64,000 nucleotides of DNA from Candidatus Latescibacterota bacterium (GTDB lineage: Bacteria > Latescibacterota > UBA2968 > UBA8231): the NCBI GenBank assembly GCA_965221775.1, contig CBDCSU010000006.1, forward strand, positions 1,440,001 to 1,504,000. Reading direction: 5' to 3'. Positions 24,728 to 34,041 of the stretch are shown here, in pieces. The notes below the pieces were generated by a model. It did not search any database and was not told the DNA's origin. It saw nothing but the letters and a program-made list of their open reading frames with translations. The first letter of the stretch is position 1; every line of letters begins with the position of its first letter. Position numbers and translations under genes: made by a program.

Positions 24728-24757
24728 AGTATACCCCCCTCCGCGCCGGAGGGGCAA
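24728..24757 (-). promoter_or_regulatory. putative promoter of the small basic protein, overlapping a GC hairpin after pyrB
   Basis: TTGCCC-18 nt-TATACT; CCCCTCCG/CGGAGGGG inverted repeat. Confidence 0.45.
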
Positions 24758-24763
24758 GGCGGC

Positions 24764-25693
24764 TCAGGGGCCGGCGAGAATCATGCGCAGCAAGGCCATG
24801 CGGACGTAGAGCCCGTTGTGAGCCTGGCGGAAGTAGGCGGCCCGGGGGTCCTGGTCCACGTCGGGGGTGATCTCGTCGACGCGGGGCAGGGGGTGCATGA
24901 CGATGGCGGCGCCGGACATGCGCTCCAGGATGGAGCGGTCGACGATGTAGCGGCCGCGGGCCTGCTGGTACTCCTCCACCCGGTCGCCGAAGCGCTCGCG
25001 CTGGATGCGGGTCTGATAGATGACGTCCACCTCGGCGGCCACGGCGGCCAGGTCGGCCGACTCCTCCCAGTGGATTCCGTGGCGGTCGAGGTAGTCCTTG
25101 ATGTCGCCGCGCATGCGCACGACCTCGGGAGCCACGAACCAGATCCGGGGGGAATCGAACTTGGCCAGCAGATAGCAGAGGGACCGCACCGTGCGGCCGT
25201 TGGCCAGGTCGCCCACGAGGGCGATGGAGATGCCGTCGAGGCGCCCGATCTCGCGCTCGATGGTGTAGACGTCGAGGAGGGCCTGGGTCGGGTGCTGGCC
25301 GGGGCCGTCCCCGGCGCTGATGACGGGCACGGAAGAGACGGCGGCGGCCCTGCGGCTGGCGTCGCTCTCGAAGTGGCGGAGGACGATGATGTCGGCATAG
25401 CCGCCGACGATGCGGATGGTGTCCTCGAGGGTCTCGCCCTTGGCGGCGGAGGAGAACTCCTGGGCGCTCTCGGTGGTGATCACCTCGCCGCCGAGGCGGC
25501 GCATGGCGGACTCGAAGGAGAGGCGCGTGCGCGTGCTGGGCTCGTAGAACAGGGTGGCCATGACCCGGCGGTTGAGGATGTTGGAGCCGTAGTGCTGAAC
25601 CACCTGCTCCATCTCGCGGGCGACGGCGAAGATCCGCGCCATGGAGGCGCGGTCGAACTGCTGGGCCTCGACGATATGCCGGAGGACGGGCAT
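24764..25693 (-). CDS. pyrB: aspartate carbamoyltransferase catalytic subunit (plant-like)
   Basis: FYEPSTRTRLSF, HPTQALLD, MHPLPR. Confidence 0.96.
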   Translation of the reverse strand: MPVLRHIVEAQQFDRASMARIFAVAREMEQVVQHYGSNILNRRVMATLFYEPSTRTRLSFESAMRRLGGEVITTESAQEFSSAAKGETLEDTIRIVGGYADIIVLRHFESDASRRAAAVSSVPVISAGDGPGQHPTQALLDVYTIEREIGRLDGISIALVGDLANGRTVRSLCYLLAKFDSPRIWFVAPEVVRMRGDIKDYLDRHGIHWEESADLAAVAAEVDVIYQTRIQRERFGDRVEEYQQARGRYIVDRSILERMSGAAIVMHPLPRVDEITPDVDQDPRAAYFRQAHNGLYVRMALLRMILAGP

Positions 25694-25752
25694 GGGCCCG
25701 CCCCTTGGGGGGGTTCCCGGGCCGGCGGCCAGGGCGGGGCCGGCGGACCCGG

Positions 25753-26202
25753 TCAAGAGGCTCCCGGTGATGCGGGGAGAACCACGGCGAGGAGGTCGGC
25801 CTGGGCGGCCACGTCGTCGCCGACGCGGGCGACGCCGCGCAGCCGGCAGCTCCCGGTGCGCCGCTGCAGGACCGTCACCTCGAGTAGCAGCTGGTCGCCG
25901 GGAACGACCTGGCGGCGGAACCTCGCCTTGTCGATGCCGCCGAAGAAGGGGAGCTGCCCGGGACCGGCTTCGCGCATCATGAGAACGGCGCCGGTCTGGG
26001 CGAGGCCCTCGACGATGAGGACGCCGGGCATGACGGGGAAGTCGGGGAAGTGGCCGGCGAAGAAGGGCTCGCCGGCGGTGACGTTCTTGAGGCCCAGGAT
26101 GCGCTGGCCCGGGTCGAGCTCGAGGATGCGGTCGACGAGCAGAAAGGGGTAGCGGTGGGGGATCGCCTCCTTGATACCCTGCAGGTCCAGGGGATCGCTC
26201 AA
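25753..26202 (-). CDS. fabZ: 3-hydroxyacyl-ACP dehydratase
   Basis: IPHRYPFLLVDRI, GHFP..PVMPGVLIVE; TTG start overlaps the skp stop. Confidence 0.93.
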   Translation of the reverse strand: MSDPLDLQGIKEAIPHRYPFLLVDRILELDPGQRILGLKNVTAGEPFFAGHFPDFPVMPGVLIVEGLAQTGAVLMMREAGPGQLPFFGGIDKARFRRQVVPGDQLLLEVTVLQRRTGSCRLRGVARVGDDVAAQADLLAVVLPASPGAS

Positions 26203-26750
26203 GGACTGCTCTCCTCCTCGCGCTCCTCGGCGAGAAGGGCCAGGAGCTTCTCGGTGAGGTTGTAACGGTCCGGGTCGGCGTAGACGATTCCCCCGCCGCC
26301 GGCGACATCGAAGATGAAGTCGAAGCCCTCCTCCTCGGCCAGCTTCTTGAGGGCCTCGTTGACCCTCTCGAAGATCGGCGCCGAGAGCTCGATGTTCTTC
26401 TGGAAGACCTCGCCGTCGGGGCCCAGCTTCTGCTGGGTGAACTGCTGGAGGTCCTGCACCGCCTGCTCGAACTCGGCCGCCAGCTCGGCCTTGCGGGCCT
26501 CGCTCATGAGCAGCTCCTGCTTGCGGAAGTCCTCCCGCATCTTCACCAGCTTGCTCTCGCGGTCCATGGCCTCCTGCTGGTAGCCCTGGGTGAGGCGGTC
26601 GAGCTGCCGCTGGATGTCCTTGAACTCGTCCATGCGCTCGCGCAGGACCTCGGAGTCGATGTAGCCGATCTTGATCTCGGCGGTGGAGGGCTGGGCCGCC
26701 AGGACGAGGCCGGCGGCGAGAAGGGCCGGGAGGCCGCGGAATCGGATCAT
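26199..26750 (-). CDS. skp: periplasmic chaperone Skp/OmpH
   Basis: Signal peptide, KIGYID, coiled coil, GFDFIFD; follows bamA. Confidence 0.9.
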   Translation of the reverse strand: MIRFRGLPALLAAGLVLAAQPSTAEIKIGYIDSEVLRERMDEFKDIQRQLDRLTQGYQQEAMDRESKLVKMREDFRKQELLMSEARKAELAAEFEQAVQDLQQFTQQKLGPDGEVFQKNIELSAPIFERVNEALKKLAEEEGFDFIFDVAGGGGIVYADPDRYNLTEKLLALLAEEREEESSP

Positions 26751-26783
26751 TCGATTTGACTCGGTCGGTGTGGGGTCCACGGG

Positions 26784-29099
26784 CTAGAAGAAGCGCGGAC
26801 CGAACTGGAAGTGAGTGCTCATGCCGGGCGCCCGGCCGTCGACCTTGCGGCGGTCGAAGCCGTAGGCGAAGTCGAAGCCGATCATGCCGAGCATGGGGGT
26901 GAGCACGCGGAAGCCGACGCCGACGGACCGGCGGACGTCGAGGGGATTGAAGCCGCCGATGCCGGCCCAGGCGTTGCCGGCGTCGGCGAAGACGAGGCCT
27001 ACCACCTGGCGCTCGGTGATGGGGAAGCGGTACTCCAGGTTGAGGGTCATCATCGAGCGGCCGCCGAGGGGCCGGCCGCTGGGGTCGCGGGGGCCGAGGG
27101 AGGCGTCGGGATAGCCGCGCACCTGGCCGTCCCACAAGTCGACGCCGCCGGGGGTGAACTTGTCCCAGAAGGTGATGTGGGCGTCGTCCCAGAGCGAGAA
27201 CCCGTCGATGAGGGCGAACCGGGTCTCGAGGGCGATGACGAAGCGCCAGAAGCTGGGCTGGTAGATGTTGGCGGTGAGCTCGTGGCGGTGGAAGTCGACG
27301 TCGCCGGCGATGAGGGAGGAGGCCAACTCGGGCGTGTAGCTGATCACCGTGCCGCGGGTGGGGAAGTCGGGCAGGTCGCGCGTGTCCCTGCGGAAGACGA
27401 GCTCGAAGCTGGAGGTGACCTGCTCCTCGTACTGGGGCAGGTCCCTGTCGAAGCCGGGGGCGAAGTCGCTGTACTTCTGGTCGCGGAGCTGATAGCCCAG
27501 GGTGACGGAGGAGAAGGCCGGCTTCTTGAGGCGGCGGCCAAGGCGCACGCTGATCGAGTTGCGGTGGAAGTCGAAGGACTCCAGGTACTGCTGGGTGAGA
27601 CTGTAGACGCGCACGGAGGTGCTGGTGGGCGTGTCGAAGAGCCAGGGCTCGGTGAAGCCCATGAGGAACTGCTTGCGCCGGGTGCCGAACTCCCAGTTGA
27701 AGTCGAGGCTCTGCCCGAGACCGCGGAAGTTGGGGATCTGCAGCCCGATGTTGCCGACGAGCTTGTAGGTGTCGCTGTAGCCGGCGCCCATTGAGGCGGC
27801 GCCGGTGCGCTGCTCCTCGACGTCGAAGGTCAGGTCGATCTCCTTCTGGCCGCCGGCGGCGCTGGCCTGGTCCTGGACCTGCACGTCCTTGAAGAAGCCG
27901 AGCATGTAGAGGCGGCGCTGGCTCTCCTGGAGCTGGCTCGACTTGAAGATGTCGCCGGGGCGCATGGCCAGCTCGCGGCGCAGGACCTTCTCGCGGGTCT
28001 TGACGTTGCCGGCGAAGTCGATGCGGCGGATGCGCCAGGGCTCGCCCTCGAAGACGCGGAAGGTGACGTCGATGCTGTCGCCGAGGATCTGCTCGTGGGG
28101 GATGACCTCGGTGTCGAGATAGCCGCGCTCGTAGTAGGCGCTCTTGGCGAGAAAGGCCAGCTCGGTGGCGGAGTACTGGAAGACGTCGCCCTCCTCGACC
28201 TTCATCTGGGCGGCCAGCTCGTCGCTGGTGAACAGCTCGTTGCCCTCCCACGCCAGATCGCGGACGAAGTACTGGCGGCCCTCGTCGACCTCGAGGTCGA
28301 TGTAGAGGCGGCGGCGGCTGTCGTCGTAGTAGATGCTGTCGCGCAGGATGACGGCCTGCTGGTAGCCCTCGGAGCGGTAGAAGGCGAGGATGCGCTGCTT
28401 GTCCTCGGCGAAGACGTCGGCCTGGAACTCGCCCTTGCGGTACCAACGCTTGGGCTTGGTCTCGATCTGCTTACGGACCTCGTCGTCGTCGAAGGCCTCG
28501 TTCCCGAGGATCTCGATGGCGGCGATCTTGACCTTGTCGCCCTCCTCGATGTCGTACTGGAGGACCATCGAGCCCTCCTCCTCGCCATCGAAGAGCTGGC
28601 CCTCGACCGCGGCCCGCAGGTAGCCCTTCTCGCCGTACATCTCGAGGATGCGCTGGCGGCCCCGGGCCACGTCCTTGGGAGCCACGACCTGACCCACCAC
28701 CAGGTCGAGAGCCTCCTCCATGTCCTTCTCGTCGATCTCGTCCTGGCCGCGGAAGCGCAGGGCCTCGAGGGTGGGGTACTCCTCGACGACGACGATCAGC
28801 CTGAGCCCCTGGGGGGTGGTTCCGGGCTCGGCCCAGAGCTGGATGTCGGAGAAGACCTGCAGGGCGTCGAGGGCGCGCACGGCCTCCTGGACGTTGTCCT
28901 GGGAGAGGTGGACGCCGGGCTCGAGGCCGATGGTGGTGAGGACCAGGGACTCGGCGACGCGGCGCAGGCCGCCCTGGATCTCGATCTCCTCGACCGTGGG
29001 CTGGCCGAGGACGGGCAGGACGAAGACGGCGCAGAGGAACGCGGCGCGGCGGATGGCGGGGGCTGGATCGGGGATCCGGGCAAATGGGGACATGACCAT
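26784..29099 (-). CDS. bamA: outer membrane protein assembly factor BamA
   Basis: POTRA repeats (GNVKTREKVLRRE), VRGY motif, C-terminal FQFGPRFF. Confidence 0.93.
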   Translation of the reverse strand: MVMSPFARIPDPAPAIRRAAFLCAVFVLPVLGQPTVEEIEIQGGLRRVAESLVLTTIGLEPGVHLSQDNVQEAVRALDALQVFSDIQLWAEPGTTPQGLRLIVVVEEYPTLEALRFRGQDEIDEKDMEEALDLVVGQVVAPKDVARGRQRILEMYGEKGYLRAAVEGQLFDGEEEGSMVLQYDIEEGDKVKIAAIEILGNEAFDDDEVRKQIETKPKRWYRKGEFQADVFAEDKQRILAFYRSEGYQQAVILRDSIYYDDSRRRLYIDLEVDEGRQYFVRDLAWEGNELFTSDELAAQMKVEEGDVFQYSATELAFLAKSAYYERGYLDTEVIPHEQILGDSIDVTFRVFEGEPWRIRRIDFAGNVKTREKVLRRELAMRPGDIFKSSQLQESQRRLYMLGFFKDVQVQDQASAAGGQKEIDLTFDVEEQRTGAASMGAGYSDTYKLVGNIGLQIPNFRGLGQSLDFNWEFGTRRKQFLMGFTEPWLFDTPTSTSVRVYSLTQQYLESFDFHRNSISVRLGRRLKKPAFSSVTLGYQLRDQKYSDFAPGFDRDLPQYEEQVTSSFELVFRRDTRDLPDFPTRGTVISYTPELASSLIAGDVDFHRHELTANIYQPSFWRFVIALETRFALIDGFSLWDDAHITFWDKFTPGGVDLWDGQVRGYPDASLGPRDPSGRPLGGRSMMTLNLEYRFPITERQVVGLVFADAGNAWAGIGGFNPLDVRRSVGVGFRVLTPMLGMIGFDFAYGFDRRKVDGRAPGMSTHFQFGPRFF

Positions 29100-29188
29100 C
29101 GTTGGTCTCCCTCGAGGGGGCGGCGGCCCCGGTCGCTCACCGCCCGTGATTGTCTGCGTGGCGTGAAGGCCGGCGGGATGACAGCCGC

Positions 29189-31666
29189 TCAGCCGGCTCC
29201 CTGGGACTTCTTCTCCCCGGCCTTGGCGGCGGCCGCCTCGGCCAGCTCGCCCTCCTCGTCGAAGACGAGGGCCTCTCCCTTCTTGGTGACGCGGATGCGG
29301 CTGCCCTCTCCGAAGCGCCCCTGGAGGATCTCTTCGGCGAGGGGGTCCTCGAGCAGCTTTTGCGCGGTGCGCCGCAGGTAGCGGGCGCCGTAGGTCTGGT
29401 CGAAGCCGTTCTCGGCGATGAGCCCCTTGGCGCCCGGCGTGACCCGCAACTGGATGTCGCGGTCGGCCAGCCGCGTCTTGTACTCGTCGAGGAAGATGTC
29501 GATGATCCGGGCGATGTCGTCGCGCGTGAGGGCGTGGAAGATGACGGTATCGTCGATGCGGTTGATGAACTCGGGGTTGAAGGTCTTCTTGAGGGAGTCG
29601 TTGATCTTCTCCTCCATGAGCGCCTGCATCGACTCCTCGTCGGACTTCTGGAAGCCGAAGACGCCGCCGGAGCCGACCTCGCGGGTGCCGACGTTGGAGG
29701 TCATGATGAGCACCGTGTTGCGGAAGTCGACCTTGCGCCCGGTGCTGTCGGTGAGCCGGCCCTCGTCGAGGATCTGCAGGAGGATGTTGAAGACGTCGGG
29801 GTGGGCCTTCTCCATCTCGTCGAGGAGCAGCACCGAGTAGGGCCGGCGCCGCACGCGCTCGGTGAGCTGGCCGCCCTCGTCGAAGCCGACATAGCCGGGA
29901 GGGGCGCCGATGAGCCGGGAGACGGAGAACTTCTCCATGTACTCGGACATGTCGACGGTGACGAGGGCCTCCTCGTCGCCGAAGAGGAACTCGGCGAGCT
30001 TGGCGGCCAGGTAGGTCTTGCCGACGCCCGTGGGGCCCAGGAAGAAGAAGGAACCGATGGGCCGCTTGGGATCCTGCAGGCCGGCGCGGCTGCGGCGGAT
30101 GGCGCGGGAGACGGTGGCGATGGCCTGCTCCTGCCCCACCACCTGCTTGCGCAACTCGTCCTCCATGGTGAGGAGACGCTCGCTCTCGCTGGCGGCGAGG
30201 CGCTGCATGGGCACGCCGCTGACCGAGGAGATGACCTCGGCGATGTCGTCCTCGGTGACCTCGACGACCTCGTTGCGGACCTCCTCCTCCCAGGAGCGCC
30301 GCTTCTGCTGGAGAGTCTCGCGCAGGGTGTGGGCCTTGTCGCGCAGACGGGCGGCCTCCTCGAACTCCTGCTTCTCGGAGTGGTCCATCTTGCTGCGGTC
30401 GATCTCCTGGATCTTCGCCTCCAGGCGGCCGATCTCGTCGGGGGGGCTGAGGCGGGAGAGGTGGACCCGGGAGCCGGTCTCGTCGATGACGTCGATCGCC
30501 TTGTCGGGCAGGTAGCGGTCGGAGATGTAGCGGTCGGACTGGCGCACGGCGAAGGCGACGACCTCGTCGGAGAAGGTGACGTGGTGGTGGCTCTCGTAGT
30601 TGGAGCGCAGGCCCTTGACGATCTCGACGGTGTCCTCCACCGAGGGCGGATCGACCATGATCGACTGGAAGCGGCGCTCGAGGGCGCCGTCCTTCTCTAT
30701 GTACTTGCGGTACTCGTCGAGAGTGGTGGCGCCGATGCACTGCAGCTCGCCCCGGGAGAGGGCGGGCTTGAACATGTTGGAGGCGTCGAGGGTGCCCTCG
30801 GCGCTGCCGGCGCCGACGATGGTGTGCAGCTCGTCGATGAAGATGACCACGTCGGGGGTCTGGTGGAGCTCGTTGAGGACGGCCTTGATGCGCTCCTCGA
30901 ACTGGCCCCGGTACTTGGTGCCGGCCACGACGCCGCCCATGTCGAGGGTGACCAGGCGCTTGTCGAGGAGGATCTGGGGCACGCGCTTCTCGACGATGCG
31001 CTGCGCCAGACCCTCGACGATGGCGGTCTTGCCGACGCCGGGGTCGCCGATGAGGATGGGGTTGTTCTTCTTGCGGCGGGAGAGGATCTGGGTGACGCGC
31101 TCGATCTCCTTCTCGCGGCCGATGACGGGATCCAGCTTGCCCTCGCGGGCGAGCTGGGTGAGGTCGCGGCCGAAGTGATCGAGGAAGGGGGTCTTGCTCT
31201 TCTTGCCCTTCTCTCTCTGCCCCGTGGTCTTGCCCTCCAGGACGGCCACCGTCTCTTCCATGGCCGTCTTGTAGTCGACGCCGAAGGCGGCGAGGATCTG
31301 GGCGGCGACGCCCTCCTTGTCCTTGAGCAGGGCGAGCAGGAGGTGCTCGACGTCGACGAACTGGGTCTTCATCTCCTTCGCCTCGTTGGCCGCGACCTCG
31401 AGGATCTGCTTGGCCCGCGGGGTGAAGGGAACCTCGCCGATGGTCATGGTGCCGCCGGAGGTGGCCACGTAGTCCTCCACCGACTGCTTCACCGTGTCGA
31501 GGTTGAGCCCCAAGTTGGTGAGGACGGTGACCGCCCGGCCCTTGCCCTCCTTGATGATGCCCAGCAGGAGGTGCTCGGTGCCGATGTAGTTGTGCCCGAG
31601 GCGCGCCGATTCCTCCCGGGCGAACTGCATGACCCGCTTAACGCCATCGGTGAACATGTTGTTCAT
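29189..31666 (-). CDS. clpC: ATP-dependent Clp protease ATPase subunit ClpC
   Basis: Clp N-domain, two AAA modules ([16 protein letters not shown]), UVR coiled coil. Confidence 0.96.
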   Translation of the reverse strand: MNNMFTDGVKRVMQFAREESARLGHNYIGTEHLLLGIIKEGKGRAVTVLTNLGLNLDTVKQSVEDYVATSGGTMTIGEVPFTPRAKQILEVAANEAKEMKTQFVDVEHLLLALLKDKEGVAAQILAAFGVDYKTAMEETVAVLEGKTTGQREKGKKSKTPFLDHFGRDLTQLAREGKLDPVIGREKEIERVTQILSRRKKNNPILIGDPGVGKTAIVEGLAQRIVEKRVPQILLDKRLVTLDMGGVVAGTKYRGQFEERIKAVLNELHQTPDVVIFIDELHTIVGAGSAEGTLDASNMFKPALSRGELQCIGATTLDEYRKYIEKDGALERRFQSIMVDPPSVEDTVEIVKGLRSNYESHHHVTFSDEVVAFAVRQSDRYISDRYLPDKAIDVIDETGSRVHLSRLSPPDEIGRLEAKIQEIDRSKMDHSEKQEFEEAARLRDKAHTLRETLQQKRRSWEEEVRNEVVEVTEDDIAEVISSVSGVPMQRLAASESERLLTMEDELRKQVVGQEQAIATVSRAIRRSRAGLQDPKRPIGSFFFLGPTGVGKTYLAAKLAEFLFGDEEALVTVDMSEYMEKFSVSRLIGAPPGYVGFDEGGQLTERVRRRPYSVLLLDEMEKAHPDVFNILLQILDEGRLTDSTGRKVDFRNTVLIMTSNVGTREVGSGGVFGFQKSDEESMQALMEEKINDSLKKTFNPEFINRIDDTVIFHALTRDDIARIIDIFLDEYKTRLADRDIQLRVTPGAKGLIAENGFDQTYGARYLRRTAQKLLEDPLAEEILQGRFGEGSRIRVTKKGEALVFDEEGELAEAAAAKAGEKKSQGAG

Positions 31667-31705
31667 TTACAACAACCTCCGGGGTTTGTCAGACGGTCGA
31701 AAGCC

Positions 31706-31734
31706 AAGCTACGGAGGGGTCCAATCGGTGTCAA
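31706..31734 (-). promoter_or_regulatory. putative clpC promoter
   Basis: TTGACA-17 nt-TAGCTT, then GGAGG RBS before the ATG. Confidence 0.6.
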
Positions 31735-31757
31735 TGGTCCCCGGCCGGGGCCCCGGG

Positions 31758-32816
31758 TCAGGGTTTTCCGGCCTCCGCCATCCGGCGGCGGACGAGGTCG
31801 GCGCGGCGCATGTCGCGCTCCTCCGGCTCGAGATTGGAGCCGGCCTCGGCCCGCAGGTGGGAGGGCTGGGTGGCGATCATCAGGTGGTTGAGGAAGCTGG
31901 AGGTGACGCCGCCGACGAGGCCGAGGGTGCGGCCCAGGCGCACCGCCGACAGCAGGTTCATCAGCTCCTGGCTCGACAGGACGCGGGCGCTGCCGAGGAG
32001 GGCCCAGGCGCGCCAGACCTTGTCCTCCACCTGGGCCCGCGCCTCTTCCATGAGCGACTCCTGGGCGTCGCGCTCGCACTCGATCAGCTTGTCGGTGATG
32101 GCGATGAGGGAGTCGACGATCATCGCCTCGTCGGCGCCGAGGGTGGCCTGGTTCGACACCTGGAAGAGGTTGCCCGCCGCGTTGGAGCCCTCGCCGTAGA
32201 CCCCGCGGACGGTGAAGGAGAGCTGGCCGAGCCCCTGCAGGACGCGCTCCATCTCCTCGGTGAGGACCAGGGCCGGCAGGTGGATGAGGACGGAGATGCG
32301 CAGGCCGGTGCCGGTGTTGGTCGGACAGGCGGTGAGGAAGCCGAGGTCGGGATCGTGGGCGCAGGAGAGGACCCCCAGCAGCTCGTCGTCGAAGGAGGAG
32401 ACGGCGGCCCAGGCCTCGCGGCCCCGGGTGCCCGGGTGGATGGCCTGCAGGCGCAGGTGGTCCTCCTCGTTGATCATCACGCTGAGGGACTCGTCGCGGT
32501 TGTACAGGACCCCCCCGCCCTTGTCCTCGGCCAGGGCGGGACTGATGAGGTGACGCTCCACCAGGAGCCGCCGCTCGGAGGTGTCGAGGGGGTCCATGGG
32601 GTAGTAGGTGGCGTCGCCCAGGGAGGCGCTGCCCCGGGCCGCGGAGAGGACCTGCTCGATCACCTGCCGCTGCTGCTCGGCGGTGATGCGCCCCGGGAAG
32701 GGATAGCCGGCCAGGTTGCGGGCGAGCCGCACGCGGCTGCTGACGACCATGCCGTCGGCGTCGTCCTCGCCGCCCATCCAGCTGGGGGTGGCGCCGACCA
32801 GGGGGTCGAGGTTCAC
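31758..32816 (-). CDS. mcsB: protein arginine kinase
   Basis: SSRVRLARNL, MINEEDHLR, LTACPTNTGTG, RGVYGEGS. Confidence 0.93.
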   Translation of the reverse strand: MNLDPLVGATPSWMGGEDDADGMVVSSRVRLARNLAGYPFPGRITAEQQRQVIEQVLSAARGSASLGDATYYPMDPLDTSERRLLVERHLISPALAEDKGGGVLYNRDESLSVMINEEDHLRLQAIHPGTRGREAWAAVSSFDDELLGVLSCAHDPDLGFLTACPTNTGTGLRISVLIHLPALVLTEEMERVLQGLGQLSFTVRGVYGEGSNAAGNLFQVSNQATLGADEAMIVDSLIAITDKLIECERDAQESLMEEARAQVEDKVWRAWALLGSARVLSSQELMNLLSAVRLGRTLGLVGGVTSSFLNHLMIATQPSHLRAEAGSNLEPEERDMRRADLVRRRMAEAGKP

Positions 32817-33316
32817 GGCGCGCTCCGGCGGATGCGGTCCCGCAGCTCGGCGGCCTTCTCGTAGGACTCCTCCGCCACGGCCTGCCGCAGCTCGCGGCGC
32901 AACTGCTCCAGCCGGTCGGAGTCGCCCCGGTCGGCGTTCCCGGCGGGCCCGGCCGCGGCAGCCTCCCGGGGGCGGGGCTCGCGGCCCACGTGGGAGTCGG
33001 CGCCGTGGATGCGCCGCAGGAGCCGGCGCATGGGCGCCCCGAAGGCGGCGTAGCAGGCGGGGCAGCCGAGGCGGCCGTGCTCGCGGAAGCGCTCGTAGGT
33101 GAGGCCGCAGTCGGGGCACTCGGCGTCCTGGCTCTCGACGGCGAGGTGGCCCAGGACGACGTTGATCTTGGTGACCGCCTTGGCCGGGGCCTTCGGCCGG
33201 ACGCCGCTCTCGCGGCGGGCGCAGCGGGGGCACAGGCGCAGGCTGCGCTTGTCGTCGCCGGAGACGATGGTGAGGTCCACGGCGGCCTCGCGCTTCTTGC
33301 AGGACTCGCACTGCAT
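32813..33316 (-). CDS. mcsA: McsA activator (four CxxC motifs + UVR domain)
   Basis: CESC, CPRC, CPDC, GRLGCPACY, EESYEKAAELRDRI. Confidence 0.9.
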   Translation of the reverse strand: MQCESCKKREAAVDLTIVSGDDKRSLRLCPRCARRESGVRPKAPAKAVTKINVVLGHLAVESQDAECPDCGLTYERFREHGRLGCPACYAAFGAPMRRLLRRIHGADSHVGREPRPREAAAAGPAGNADRGDSDRLEQLRRELRQAVAEESYEKAAELRDRIRRSAP

Positions 33317-33318
33317 GG

Positions 33319-34041
33319 TCAGTCGAGACTGAGCCGGCCGTCGACGAGCTGGCCGGAACGGTCGAGACTGGCGGCCAGGTCGCGGTCGTGGGTCATGACC
33401 AGGAAGGTCTGCCCGCGGGTGGCGGCGAGGTCGCGCAGCAACTCGTGGAGAGCGGCGCTGGCCTCGTGATCGAGGTTGCCGGAAGGCTCGTCGGCGAGCA
33501 CCAGGGGCGGGGACATGACCAGGGCCCGGGCCACGGCCACGCGCTGGCACTCGCCGCCGGACAGCTGCCCGGGGCGGTGGGACAGGCGGCCGGCGAGGCC
33601 GACCTGCTCCAGCAGCGACTCGGCGCGCTCGCGGCCTCCGCCGGGGAGGCGGGAGACGAGGGCGGGCATCATCACGTTCTCGAGGGCGGTGAACTCGGGC
33701 AGCAGGTTGTGGAACTGGAAGACGAAGCCGACGTGGCGGTTGCGGAAGTCGGAGAGGCCGCGGTCGTCGAGGGAGAGGACGTCGACGCCGGAGATCTCCA
33801 GGCTGCCGGAGGTGGGCCGGTCGAGGGTGCCGAGGATGTGGAGGAGGGTGCTCTTGCCGACGCCGGAGGCCCCGGTGACGGCCAGGGTCTGGCCGGCGAG
33901 GAGGTCGAGGTCCACGCCCTTGAGCACCGCCAGGGCCCCGGTCCCGGCGGAGTAGACCCGGCGGATGCCCCGGGCCTTGAGGACGGGGGCCCCCGGGGCC
34001 GGGGCCGGATGTCCGGCGGCGATGGTCTCCACGGCGCTCAC
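33319..34041 (-). CDS. lolD: lipoprotein-releasing ABC ATPase
   Basis: GASGVGKST, GFVFQFHNLL, LSGGECQR; follows lolC/E. Confidence 0.9.
   Translation of the reverse strand: MSAVETIAAGHPAPAPGAPVLKARGIRRVYSAGTGALAVLKGVDLDLLAGQTLAVTGASGVGKSTLLHILGTLDRPTSGSLEISGVDVLSLDDRGLSDFRNRHVGFVFQFHNLLPEFTALENVMMPALVSRLPGGGRERAESLLEQVGLAGRLSHRPGQLSGGECQRVAVARALVMSPPLVLADEPSGNLDHEASAALHELLRDLAATRGQTFLVMTHDRDLAASLDRSGQLVDGRLSLD

Noticed and set aside
20623-30740. Apparent giant fusion ORFs (979-aa rhaI, 897-aa fabZ, 1318-aa bamA, 514-aa pyrB)
   Set aside because: The N-terminal extensions are Arg/Pro-rich off-frame reads through upstream genes; true starts are marked by RBS or stop-start overlaps.
29150-31891. 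Long plus-strand ORFs (e.g. 913 aa here, 1212 aa at 51335, 1058 aa at 56560, 902 aa at 42759)
   Set aside because: Antisense shadows of real minus-strand genes; high GC3 depletes stop codons and no family motifs are present.
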